Positions 39,389 to 49,667 are shown, counted from the first letter of the stretch. The stretch is DNA of 64,000 bases from Promethearchaeota archaeon (GCA_016840165.1 JAEOSU010000037.1:7022-71021); one strand, 5' to 3'. Numbers and translations: made by a program. Notes: a model not told the origin generated them from the letters alone.

Positions 39389-39571
39389 GAAATCCTTAAT
39401 GCTATCAAATTTCTTTAACTGTGATAGGTTATTATCTTCAATAATTAATTTCTTAAGAAACTCTATCTTGATATAGGTATAAACATAAGAGGGAATTACT
39501 ATACTCGTAAAACAACACCAATTTATGAAATATTTATTTAGCTTAGTTTACAGATATGTCAAATCAATTGA

Positions 39572-39937
39572 TTATCCTGGCGGAGAGGGTATTTTTGTCC
39601 ACAGAAGTATACCAACAATTAACCCATAAACCGCTAACGCTTCTGCTAACGCTACTACTAAAAAGGCTTTAAAGAAAGATTCTTCTCTTTCTGCGAGTGA
39701 AGAAATTGCTGCGGTTCCTACGGTTTTTATTGCTAATGCACTACCCAATACTGAAGCCCCAACAGAAATTGCTGCTGACATAGCTAGGATGGCTGAGGTG
39801 GCTGTATTGTAATAATCTAACGTAGTTGCTTGGGCTGCTACTAATGTCACTACTCCATTTGTAGAAAAAAATACAATGAATACTAGAACAATTTGAAATA
39901 ATCCAAGTAATAAATAAAATTTCTTTTTGCCATTCAT
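39572..39937 (-). CDS. atpK: A-type ATP synthase proteolipid subunit K (c-subunit)
   Basis: 121 aa. An N-terminal extra hydrophobic segment plus one helical hairpin with a single carboxylate (VVALAEALAVYGLIV). Confidence 0.85.
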   Translation of the reverse strand: MNGKKKFYLLLGLFQIVLVFIVFFSTNGVVTLVAAQATTLDYYNTATSAILAMSAAISVGASVLGSALAIKTVGTAAISSLAEREESFFKAFLVVALAEALAVYGLIVGILLWTKIPSPPG

Positions 39938-40138
39938 TTTTTAACCATTGCAATAATTTATTAATGTTTAAAAGGAATAAGCGTTCACTAGCGTATAAAT
40001 TCTTCGTTTATAAAATTAAAATTTATTAAATATTAAATCAGAAATAGCAAAAAGGAGTTTTTCAAGTTAGAAGTATTAATGTATTATTATTCCGATATGA
40101 AATGATTTTCTTCAATTATTAGTCAAATATTTAACAAA

Positions 40139-40783
40139 TCAAGAATAGATTATTACTCTGATTTGATCTGCAATATCGTGTATTCTATCAGCTAGATTTT
40201 CAAGTAAAACAATACTATCTCTAATTCTAAGTGTCATTCTTATATCCAAATCTGTATTAGAATAAAGATATTCAAGGAATTGCCTATAAATTCTATCAAT
40301 TTTATTTTCTATTTCATGAATTTCAGTAGTGTTATTAAAGACTTTTTCTTGATTATCTCTTAGATTTTTTATAGTTGTTTTTAACACATTTGCCATATTC
40401 ATTATCATGTTAATTAACTTTTCATACCTCTCAAAAATTTCTTTAGAACTATTAACTTTCAATTTAATATTAGGAAGCATATCAACAAATTCGAGAGGAT
40501 AGTTAATTAGATTGTCCATTCGAAGGATTAGAGCTACAATATTTCCCAATTGTGAGTCAATTTCTGCATAGTCTTTTATTATTTTGATTTTAATCTCATC
40601 TGCTTCTTCTTCAACTAATTGCATTTTACTTTTTTTCTTAGTTAAGCTTTTTTTGTTCGATTCATAATTTTCAGACCATCCAGTATAATATACGCCCATG
40701 TCACTGATTACGGAATAGATTAATCTTGAGTGATCTATAAGCAATGTGATTATTTCTTCTTTTATCTTTCTGTTTGATAACAT
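40139..40783 (-). CDS. DUF47/PhoU-like helical protein
   Basis: 214 aa, all-helical. EEEADEIKIKII and LADRIHDIADQI resemble PhoU/DUF47 repeats. Confidence 0.4.
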   Translation of the reverse strand: MLSNRKIKEEIITLLIDHSRLIYSVISDMGVYYTGWSENYESNKKSLTKKKSKMQLVEEEADEIKIKIIKDYAEIDSQLGNIVALILRMDNLINYPLEFVDMLPNIKLKVNSSKEIFERYEKLINMIMNMANVLKTTIKNLRDNQEKVFNNTTEIHEIENKIDRIYRQFLEYLYSNTDLDIRMTLRIRDSIVLLENLADRIHDIADQIRVIIYS

Positions 40784-40980
40784 TTTAAGTTAAACCAAAT
40801 TTGAAATACAATATTAATAATATATGATTAAAATAATAAAAATCATAAGATTCCAAATTACATAAAAGAAAAATAATAAAGAAAAAATATTTATTATCTT
40901 ACGATTAAGACATCAGAAGGAGTTTTGTTAATCACTTCATCTGAGTTTATTCCGTAATTTTTTAAAATCAAATCAGAAGA

Positions 40981-41499
40981 TTAGTGATTAAAGATATTAT
41001 CAAGACGTAATACTAATTTTTTTACAATAATAAAAGTATTCAGTAAAACATGAGTATTTACCTTATCGGGTTGATCTTTCTTAGTATGTGAGCATTTTGA
41101 AGCAGAAGGTGTTGAAAAATCAATTGTTTCTAAAATAAGCAAATGAAAAGGTAAAGAATCAGTAGGAGCTCCTGATAATAAAGTGTGACCCTTGATCTCT
41201 ATTTTTTCTTCTTGAAAAATTTCATCTAATATTGATATAAGTAGGGAAGAACTCTTTTTTTTTGGAATAATACCATATGATTTAATATATTCAACTCTAT
41301 TTTCACCATTTCTACATGAAACCATATCAAAATTGATCTGATATATTTGATTATTAAGTAATTCTTGTTTAAAAAGATCAAGAAATACTCTAGAGCCCAT
41401 TGTACCTATTTCTTCTGCTGAAAACTGGTAAAACCAGATGTTATAATTATTAAGTGGATTTGCTTTAAAATATGAAGATAATCCAAAAACTAAAGACAT
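40981..41499 (-). pseudogene. Truncated M28-family metallopeptidase (C-terminal part only)
   Basis: 172 aa. Retains FSAEEIGTMGS (EE ligands), NFDMVS, SDSLPFH and HTKKD. Lacks the N-terminal His/Asp zinc ligands. Only 95 bp separate it from the next gene. Confidence 0.45.
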
Positions 41500-41594
41500 G
41501 ATTGAGTATTCAAAATTATATGTTTATCATGATAAATTTAATTTCAAATATTATTTTATTAAATTTTATATATTATTAATAATGGCGAATACAT

Positions 41595-42836
41595 ATGAAA
41601 GCTGTAAAAATAGCAGATAAAGTTTTTTGGATTGGAGCAAATGTGCATTCAGAAGATTTATTTGAAGGAATTTGGCCTATACCAAATGGGATAGCTCTTA
41701 ATTCTTACGTAATAAAAGCAAATAAAGTCGCTGTGATAGAACTTGTTAGAGAATGGGGTGGCGCCTCAATGAGTTTTATTGAGAGTCTTAGATCCCTTAA
41801 TCTTACTTTAAAAGATGTTGACTTCATCATACTTAATCATCTTGAGCCAGATCATACAGGATTTGCACATATCCTGAAGTCTCTTTCACCAAAGGCTAAA
41901 TTTGTAACTACGGAAAAGGGTGCAGCATTATTAGATGGTTTTTATGGCATAGATGAGAATATTATGGTTGTGAAGAGCGGAGATAAAGTAGATCTTGGTG
42001 AAAACAAATCTTTAGAGTTTATAGAAATACCACATGTACATTGGCCTGAGACAATGGCAAGTTATGAAGAGGATTCGAAGATATTATTTAGTGGGGATGC
42101 ATTTGGAGCATTTGGGGTCCATCAAGGAAGTATTTTTGACGATCAGACCCCGGAAGTAAATAAACCTTATTGGGAACAAGAAATGTTAAGATATTATGCA
42201 AATATTATTGCTATGTTTTCTCCGAATGTAATTAAAGCAATCGACGCTCTTGCTCAATTTAAAATAAATGCGATCGCTCCTTCTCATGGTTTAATTTGGC
42301 GAGGGAAACCAGAAGTGGTAATAAAAAAGTACTCTCGTTACGCTAATTATAATAAAGATTTTGCTGAACCTGAAATATGTGTTGTATGGGGAAGCATGTA
42401 TGGAAATACGGAAGCGATGTTAAATGCGATCTTAAAAGGTATAGCCTCTGAAGGGATATATATCCATATTCATAGAGTTCCTAATGAAGAACCATCCTTT
42501 ATTCTGGCAGACGCTTATAAATCAGCTGGTTTAATTATAGGAGCTCCTACATATGAATACAGTATGTTTCCCCCAATGAAATATTTATTGGAACTTTTAC
42601 AAAAGAAACATATGTGGCATAAAAAAGTCATATATTTTGGATCATACGGATGGAGTGGAGGAGCTCAAAAGGATTTTAATGCGTTATCTGAACATATGAA
42701 TTGGGATATCATTGAACAACTAGTATTTAAAGGTCATCCAACCGTTCAAGACCTTAACAAAGGAGAGGAGATAGCAAAGAAATTTGCTCAATCAATATTA
42801 GAAATACCTTCTAAAATAAAAGATGAGGATTATTGA
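41595..42836 (+). CDS. fprA: Flavodiiron protein (A-type flavoprotein, FprA-like)
   Basis: 413 aa. MBL-like diiron motif LNHLEPDHTG plus a C-terminal flavodoxin-like domain (VVWGSMYGNTE). Confidence 0.85.
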   Translation: MKAVKIADKVFWIGANVHSEDLFEGIWPIPNGIALNSYVIKANKVAVIELVREWGGASMSFIESLRSLNLTLKDVDFIILNHLEPDHTGFAHILKSLSPKAKFVTTEKGAALLDGFYGIDENIMVVKSGDKVDLGENKSLEFIEIPHVHWPETMASYEEDSKILFSGDAFGAFGVHQGSIFDDQTPEVNKPYWEQEMLRYYANIIAMFSPNVIKAIDALAQFKINAIAPSHGLIWRGKPEVVIKKYSRYANYNKDFAEPEICVVWGSMYGNTEAMLNAILKGIASEGIYIHIHRVPNEEPSFILADAYKSAGLIIGAPTYEYSMFPPMKYLLELLQKKHMWHKKVIYFGSYGWSGGAQKDFNALSEHMNWDIIEQLVFKGHPTVQDLNKGEEIAKKFAQSILEIPSKIKDEDY

Positions 42837-42993
42837 TTTTTTTTTCTTCTTATTAAAAGTTGAGGTATTGAAATGTAATTTATATATCATATGAAGCTAT
42901 AATCACAAAATATTAATTTCTGGAATCCTTTCATAATTTAAAAGTAAAATGCGAGATAGATATAGCATCACTTATAATGATGGGTTGTATTAA

Positions 42994-44475
42994 ATGATAT
43001 ATCAGGGCTTATTTAACATTCTAAGCTTATATCTTGATAATCTAGAATTTTTTTATAATTCTCTTGACCTATATTTTCAAGATAAAATTATACCTTCTCT
43101 GAGTATTGATTTAAAGGGTAAAAAGAACCTTGATCTTGCTTTAGATGAATTAAGAAAGGTAATATCGAAAGCTTTACGAGAAATTGGAGTAAAAGAAATA
43201 GAAGTTGAAAATAAATTATCTGACCCTTTTTTAGAACTTAATCCGGAGGATTACGATAGAATAAATTCTTTAAATGATTTATATCAATATAAAATAGCTC
43301 CTATTATCTATGAAATCTTTTTGGAGGAATTAGTTCATTACATTGCTGAATCCACCGCCAGCGAAATTATTATAAATCTAAAATCGAAAGGTTTTTTAAA
43401 TATTGAGTTTATGGTCGATATTAAGGGCTTAAAAAGCTTATTTGATGAGAATGAGGATAAAAAAGAAAATTTAAAAAAATATATCGAAATTCGAGATACC
43501 TTTATTAAAAATTTAAGTGAGAACAAACGAAGAATAGAGGTTTTAGAAGATTTAAATAACCCGAAGGATAAACTCCAACTATTATATTTGATTTATCGAA
43601 TTATTAATTTTTTTCATTTGCAAAGAAGATTTGATTTTTCTCATATAATTGAGTATATTAAAAATAACGTGGATGATTGGCTAATGACTATCCCATTAGT
43701 TACTTTAAAAAATCCTGATCTTTATTTTTGCGGTTTATATTTAGCTACAAACCTAAAAATTCCATTAGACAAAGAGAAGATTAAAAACTTCCTTATGGAA
43801 TTATATGAAGAAGCTATCGATGAGTTTGAGGCTCCATTAGTGGAAGCAACAGATGGATTGTACTATTTTTTAAAATCAACCAATTTAATGAAGATATGGT
43901 TAGATGACTCCCAGGTAGATAGATTAATTGAAACTGATACAAAATTTTTTGAGCCTAATTATTTAAAAAATTTGGAAACTTCGCAATTAGTCATAATTCT
44001 TAAAATTTATAATTTAGTTAAAAGAAAGGCAACAATGGAAGAGAATATTACTAAAATCATAGCAGAAATAGAAAATAGAATTAGCTCCGATGGTATTGCA
44101 CAATATAGAGAGGGTTTTATATCCTCAGAAGCTACATATTATGTGTTGTTTTGCCGATATATGAATCAGTCGTTAGATAATTTACAGGATTATGAGTTAT
44201 TAAATACTATCGTATCTCGAATTTATAGAAATCTTGAATTATTAGAATTTACAGCCGATATGAATTATGACCTCATATCTGAATTGTTCTATTCATTCGA
44301 AAGTTTAAAATTATTCAACTGCATAGAAACTAAGGAAATGATTATCCTGCTAGCAAATTATTTGTTCCCTCCAAAAGTTGTAGAAAAAATTGAGAGTTCA
44401 AGCGAGATTGTCAAGGCCGATGCTAAATTTCGACATTTGAAAGTAGACAGGATAACGGGCGAGACCATATATTAA
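42994..44475 (+). CDS. Hypothetical helical protein
   Basis: 493-aa ORF with coding-like composition. No family recognised. Confidence 0.3.
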   Translation: MIYQGLFNILSLYLDNLEFFYNSLDLYFQDKIIPSLSIDLKGKKNLDLALDELRKVISKALREIGVKEIEVENKLSDPFLELNPEDYDRINSLNDLYQYKIAPIIYEIFLEELVHYIAESTASEIIINLKSKGFLNIEFMVDIKGLKSLFDENEDKKENLKKYIEIRDTFIKNLSENKRRIEVLEDLNNPKDKLQLLYLIYRIINFFHLQRRFDFSHIIEYIKNNVDDWLMTIPLVTLKNPDLYFCGLYLATNLKIPLDKEKIKNFLMELYEEAIDEFEAPLVEATDGLYYFLKSTNLMKIWLDDSQVDRLIETDTKFFEPNYLKNLETSQLVIILKIYNLVKRKATMEENITKIIAEIENRISSDGIAQYREGFISSEATYYVLFCRYMNQSLDNLQDYELLNTIVSRIYRNLELLEFTADMNYDLISELFYSFESLKLFNCIETKEMIILLANYLFPPKVVEKIESSSEIVKADAKFRHLKVDRITGETIY

Positions 44476-44658
44476 AACCCCAATATTTAATTTACAAATT
44501 TTAAAGTTTTAAATTATCAAAAATTACTCTAAGAAGATCTATGATTTATATTGTAAACTTAATAACGGTGTTAGATTCTGATCTATTAATTAATTTATCA
44601 CAAGATTGATACCTGAAAAGAGATTCAAACAATTGATTTAAAAGAGAGAGGATAGCAA

Positions 44659-45444
44659 ATGGGTCTGAAAGAAACAACTGCAAAATGGAGAAAATATGCA
44701 GAAATGTCTGATTTGGGCATTATTGTTCGGAGAAAGTTTTTTAATAATTGTTTTGATGGAGCATTAACTTGTGCAGGAATTGTAAGCGGTATATTTGTTC
44801 TTTTTTTAGCTGGTATCAGTGAAAACACTCCAGGGAATATTGTTGTGTTAGGATTTTCAACAGCATTAGCGATTGGTATCAGTGGATTGTGGGGCGCCTT
44901 TCTTTCTGAAGAAGCAGAACGAAAAAAAAAAATAATTGATCTTAAAAAAGAGATGGTTATCATTGATCAAGAAGGTGTTAATGATATACTTGAAAAAGAA
45001 AAATTAGACCTGGCAAGAGAAATACTAAAAGAGAGATCCATAGAAAGAGCTATGCTAATTCCACTTAAGAAGAGTAATACGGGGGAAAATGAAAAAGCGG
45101 TCTTGATTCCTATCCAAAGAAGACCTAAAATGAAAAAAAATGATAAAACTCTTATCGAACAAGCAGAAAATTTCGCAACGATAGTAGCTTCTCTTGTGGA
45201 TGGTGGTGCCCCTGCCTTAGGATCAACTCTGCCTCTCATTCCATTTTTCTTTGGAAGCGAATTAGTTATTTTACACTTTTTAATTTCGTATGCGATTCTT
45301 GTTGGTTTACTTATTTATTTGGGGATATTTTTGGGTAATATTTCAGGTCAAGGGAAATTAAAGTATGCTATACATCTTGTAACAGCAGGGGTGGTAACAC
45401 TCTTAGTTTCCTTATTATTAAGTCTTGCAACCGGTAATTTTTAG
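44659..45444 (+). CDS. VIT1/CCC1-family membrane protein
   Basis: 261 aa. FDGALTCAGIVSG, SGLWGAFLSEEAERKK, and C-terminal GAPALGSTLPLIPFFF. Confidence 0.6.
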   Translation: MGLKETTAKWRKYAEMSDLGIIVRRKFFNNCFDGALTCAGIVSGIFVLFLAGISENTPGNIVVLGFSTALAIGISGLWGAFLSEEAERKKKIIDLKKEMVIIDQEGVNDILEKEKLDLAREILKERSIERAMLIPLKKSNTGENEKAVLIPIQRRPKMKKNDKTLIEQAENFATIVASLVDGGAPALGSTLPLIPFFFGSELVILHFLISYAILVGLLIYLGIFLGNISGQGKLKYAIHLVTAGVVTLLVSLLLSLATGNF

Positions 45445-45534
45445 TAAAAAGTTGATTCGAAGATTATAATTTCGTAATATATCATAGAAAAGTTTAAAAT
45501 ATTCCTTTAAAAGTAAATAATTGGAGTATTTCTA

Positions 45535-46245
45535 TTGAAGATAATCGAAAAAGTAAAAACTTATTCTAGGATAACTAACTTATGGGGAGTTGCTCGAAGA
45601 TATTTTGTAAATAATTTCTATGATGGCATGCTTACAGTATTAGGCATTCTTTTAGGATTTTTTGTGGTTTTACTTAAAGAAAATTTAGTTATAATAAATA
45701 GCAATTTAGTTATTCTTGCGGGATCGGGATCATCGATAAGCATGTTAATATCTGGAATCACTGGATCTTATTTATCAGAGAGAGCTGAACAAAAAAAAAT
45801 CAAAGATACTATAAAGAAATCGATGATAATGAATGAAGAATTGGAAATGAATAACATACGCAACCAATCTATTGAAGAAATAGAGAAATCGATGCTTATT
45901 AAAATTGAAAAGAAACGGAATAGAAAGCGAAATATCTCCCAAAAAGAAAAAAAGCAGATAAAAACCATCCAAGAAAAAGCAGAAAGATTCGCTAGCATTG
46001 TTGTTTCTATAGTTAATGGCTTTTCTCCTTTTTTAGGTGGAATTGTTCCTTTAATCCCATTCATGTTTGTTTCAGAGGCGGGATTAATGATTTTTGTTGT
46101 TTCTTTTTTAATTATTTTAATATGTATTATAATGTTAGGCACGTTCTTAGGTTTAGTTGCCCGGGAATCTATTATTAAAAACATACTTCAAATGGTATTT
46201 GCTTTTTTAATTACTATCATTATTACATTGTTTTTCTTAGGTTAA
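45535..46245 (+). CDS. VIT1/CCC1-family membrane protein (tandem paralog)
   Basis: 236 aa with a TTG start. YDGMLTVLGILLG, SGITGSYLSERAEQKK and FSPFLGGIVPLIPFMF. Confidence 0.6.
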   Translation: MKIIEKVKTYSRITNLWGVARRYFVNNFYDGMLTVLGILLGFFVVLLKENLVIINSNLVILAGSGSSISMLISGITGSYLSERAEQKKIKDTIKKSMIMNEELEMNNIRNQSIEEIEKSMLIKIEKKRNRKRNISQKEKKQIKTIQEKAERFASIVVSIVNGFSPFLGGIVPLIPFMFVSEAGLMIFVVSFLIILICIIMLGTFLGLVARESIIKNILQMVFAFLITIIITLFFLG

Positions 46246-46326
46246 ATATCGCTTATTTGATTTATAATAAAATTAAAATCTTGTTAACCATTTTTAAAAT
46301 AAAATTAAAAGGAGCATAACTAGATC

Positions 46327-47100
46327 GTGAAGAATTTTATTGGTATTGATATTGGATCCTTAGCAACGAAGATTGTTCTTATTAACGAGGGGAAATTATT
46401 GGATCATAAAACCGAACGATCCACCTATGATTTTAAAAGAGTTGGTCACAATCTATTTGATGATATATTAAAACAGCACAATTTAGAGAGAAAGGATGTT
46501 TATGTAATGAGTACGGGTTATGGTCGTAATACAATCGATATTGCTGATGACAGAGTGACAGAAATTACAGCTCATGCGCGTGGAGCACAATATTTCTTTC
46601 CAGATGCTGCTTCAGTTATAGATATAGGCGGTCAGGATAGTAAAGCTATTGTAATGTCTAAGAAGACCGGAAGTGTTATAGATTTTCAGATGAATGATAA
46701 ATGCGCAGCAGGAACAGGCAGGTTTTTAGAAGTGATGGCACATGCTTTAGAAGTTCCGATTGATCAATTTGGAGTTTTAGCATTACAATCTAATAAACCA
46801 GCATCGATAAGTTCAACATGTACAGTGTTTGCAGAGAGCGAAGTTATTAGTTTATTTGCCCGGGGGGCTTCTAAACAAGATATTGCGAGCGGCATTCATA
46901 AATCAATAGCCCGTAGAGTAGCAGGGATGGCAAAAAGAATTGGTGTAGGCCCGAAATTAGTTTTTTGCGGTGGAGTTGCTAAAAATGATGCCGTTAAAAA
47001 TTATTTAGAAGAGGAGCTTGGATTTGAAATCATTCGTCCTGAATATCCTCAACTCACCGGAGCAATAGGAGCCGCGATCATTGCAGAAGAAAAAAAATAA
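46327..47100 (+). CDS. BcrAD/BadFG-type ATPase, 2-hydroxyacyl-CoA dehydratase activator (HgdC-like)
   Basis: 257 aa with a GTG start and an AGGAG SD. GIDIGSLATK, GGQDSK and DKCAAGTGRFLE. Confidence 0.85.
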   Translation: MKNFIGIDIGSLATKIVLINEGKLLDHKTERSTYDFKRVGHNLFDDILKQHNLERKDVYVMSTGYGRNTIDIADDRVTEITAHARGAQYFFPDAASVIDIGGQDSKAIVMSKKTGSVIDFQMNDKCAAGTGRFLEVMAHALEVPIDQFGVLALQSNKPASISSTCTVFAESEVISLFARGASKQDIASGIHKSIARRVAGMAKRIGVGPKLVFCGGVAKNDAVKNYLEEELGFEIIRPEYPQLTGAIGAAIIAEEKK

Positions 47101-47175
47101 AGAGTAAGATACAATTTATAATTCTTAGCTCAATTGACTCTTTTTGATTGATTAACTATATATATTCCAATTAAA

Positions 47176-48318
47176 ATGCAAGCATTAGAGATTTTCGAGG
47201 AATTTTCTCTTTATTTAAAAGAGATGAAAAGCAAGGGGAAAAAAGTAATAGCATTTATCTCGCATGATAATATTCCTGAGGAATTAATAGACGCTGCCGG
47301 ATTTATTCCATTACGGTTGATTTTCGCAGGAAATGATGAATTAATGGATGCGAGTCATGATTATTTACCCCCATCTACCTGTGCTTTTGCGCAAACTTGT
47401 ATCGGTCTTTTTGCTTTAAAACCTCGTCAATTTGATTTTTTAGATTTAATAGATTATTTTATCGTATCTAATCATTGTGTATCAGATATATGTGCTTCTG
47501 AAGTTATATGTAAGTATTTTAATATTCCTCGATTAAATTTTTACATCTCTTACATAAGAAATAGCAATAGTGAGAAATACTTTCGGTTAGAAATCTTGGA
47601 ATTTAGAAAGAAATTAGAGGAAATTAAGAATTCAGTAATATCTGATGAGGCAATAATTGAAAGTATTAAGAAATACAATGAATTCAGAAAATTCCTTGAA
47701 ACTTTAAATAATTTAACTATTCAAGGAAGTCTAAAACTAAAACTCATGCAGAAGGCTTTTTTATTTGGACCTAAAATCATCCCAGAACTAAAAGATTTTA
47801 TCAATTCCAATAATAATTTAAGAGCACAATCGTCCAATTCGAAAGATCTCTTACTTACGGGATGTTCAATCTTCATGAACGATATATTAATCGATTTAAT
47901 CAAAGAAGGAGGAGGAAATATTATATTTTTTGATTCTTGGATTGGATCCAATTATTATTCGCAACAATTTGATAATAGTGCTTTTGAGAATACACAAAAA
48001 CCAATTGATTTATTAGCCTCTCGATATATAAACAATATTTATGGCGATCATTGTGTGCCGAATTTTTTAGAAAATAAAATCGCTCAAATTGAACAGATCT
48101 ACAGGAAGTATAAGGAAAAAACGGGGAAAAGATTAGGAGTGATAAACCATATCATAAAATTTTGTGATCATATGTCTCTCATGTCATCCTTTTTTAAAAA
48201 TAAATTACAAGAAAAGGGTATTCAAGTACTAAATATCGAACGTGATTATTCAAGAGCCAATCGAGGTCAATTGTCGACTCGTATTGAAGCTTATTTGGAG
48301 ATGGGTGATTCAGAATGA
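47176..48318 (+). CDS. 2-hydroxyacyl-CoA dehydratase family subunit (HgdB-like)
   Basis: 380 aa. Size and position after the activator. Its stop overlaps the next gene's start (ATGA). Confidence 0.6.
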   Translation: MQALEIFEEFSLYLKEMKSKGKKVIAFISHDNIPEELIDAAGFIPLRLIFAGNDELMDASHDYLPPSTCAFAQTCIGLFALKPRQFDFLDLIDYFIVSNHCVSDICASEVICKYFNIPRLNFYISYIRNSNSEKYFRLEILEFRKKLEEIKNSVISDEAIIESIKKYNEFRKFLETLNNLTIQGSLKLKLMQKAFLFGPKIIPELKDFINSNNNLRAQSSNSKDLLLTGCSIFMNDILIDLIKEGGGNIIFFDSWIGSNYYSQQFDNSAFENTQKPIDLLASRYINNIYGDHCVPNFLENKIAQIEQIYRKYKEKTGKRLGVINHIIKFCDHMSLMSSFFKNKLQEKGIQVLNIERDYSRANRGQLSTRIEAYLEMGDSE

Positions 48319-49667
48319 GTTTAATTGCAGATGAAATCGTTAGATTCTCCTCAGTATTAAAAATAGCTTATAATTTCTTGACAGGAAGAGCATATTTAAA
48401 ACGAAAAAAGTTTAGGGAAAAACAAAAATTAGTGTCAGTACCACTTCCGTTTTCGGATTTGCCTTTCGCTGCGGGAACGGTACCAGTTTTTCCGATCAGG
48501 ATGCATAATTTTAAGATAAATCAATATCTTACCTATTTAGGGACTGCTTCGAATATTTTTGGATGGAAAGGAGTATCGAATTTTTTAAGTTTTGTGAAGA
48601 ACCTTGGGATTAGTGAAGTGAGTAAAATTGTTGATGATATTATCGAAGATGTCATCCGAGAAATTAATGAAAAATATAACGAAATGTATGACATCGGTAT
48701 AGAGGGGGGGATTTCAAGTGATTTCTGTTATGGCCTAAAAAGTCTTGTAGGTATGAATTTATCAAAAAGTCGCAATGTTGACGCGTATATGAATGTCACT
48801 ATTCGATGCAGTGCCTTCAATAAATACTTAGAATCATTAAGTGCTATAAATAATGAACCGCGCCCAATTTGGATCGATATTCCTCCTAGAAATATAGGTA
48901 ATGCTTTAGAATTATTAACAGATAACGTATCACACGCTTTAAGTGATTTTGAGCAGTTAACTGGGAATACCATATCAGACAATATGTTAAGAAATCATTT
49001 TAATATCAGTAATCAAGTAAAGCGTGCTTACAACACCATTATTTATGATATTAGTGCCTCTGATTTTTATCCATGTAATCCTGCAACTTTTAGCGAAATC
49101 ATGTCTTTATTAAACATTACATTTATTGATTATAACTCTAATGCAACTCGTTATAGAGATAATATGAATTCGTTAGTGAATGAGATGCGAGAAAGGATCA
49201 GGAAACATATCGGAATGGATGTCTCTGATATGCCACGAATCTTTGTCACCCCTATCTTTGGTGGATGGGAACCAAAAACTCATGACTATATTTATGAGTT
49301 AGGAGGAAGGGCACTTTACGCTGATTGGGGGCTATTAAAATTACTTGAAGAGTTACCTATTTCACCTAGTAATAATCCAGTAGAAGAATATGCACGATTT
49401 CTTTTGAATGCCACACAAACAGGAATTGGTTGTGATAATGACAAACTGACGGATTCATATCTTCGTATGGCAAAAGAATTGAATGCTGATGGTGTAGTTT
49501 TTATTCAATTGTTTGGTTGTCATTCGATTTCTAATTGTTATCGAATGTTAAGAGACAAAGTAAGAAAAGAATTAGAGATTCCTATAACCGCGATTACTTT
49601 TAATAAAATTGGAGAGAATATCGAACAAGTGAAAACTCGTATTGGGGCTTTTATGGAGATGTTTTAA
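48315..49667 (+). CDS. 2-hydroxyacyl-CoA dehydratase family subunit (HgdA-like)
   Basis: 450 aa, translationally coupled to the previous gene. Close paralog of the 57222-58529 gene. Confidence 0.6.
   Translation: MSLIADEIVRFSSVLKIAYNFLTGRAYLKRKKFREKQKLVSVPLPFSDLPFAAGTVPVFPIRMHNFKINQYLTYLGTASNIFGWKGVSNFLSFVKNLGISEVSKIVDDIIEDVIREINEKYNEMYDIGIEGGISSDFCYGLKSLVGMNLSKSRNVDAYMNVTIRCSAFNKYLESLSAINNEPRPIWIDIPPRNIGNALELLTDNVSHALSDFEQLTGNTISDNMLRNHFNISNQVKRAYNTIIYDISASDFYPCNPATFSEIMSLLNITFIDYNSNATRYRDNMNSLVNEMRERIRKHIGMDVSDMPRIFVTPIFGGWEPKTHDYIYELGGRALYADWGLLKLLEELPISPSNNPVEEYARFLLNATQTGIGCDNDKLTDSYLRMAKELNADGVVFIQLFGCHSISNCYRMLRDKVRKELEIPITAITFNKIGENIEQVKTRIGAFMEMF

Noticed and set aside
44625-46184. 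Antisense ORFs (44625-44963, 44967-45239, 45768-46184, 45775-45972) across the two VIT-like genes
   Set aside because: They mirror Lys/Glu-rich coding regions, giving Phe/Ser/Leu-rich translations. The sense strand carries the recognisable VIT1/CCC1 motifs.
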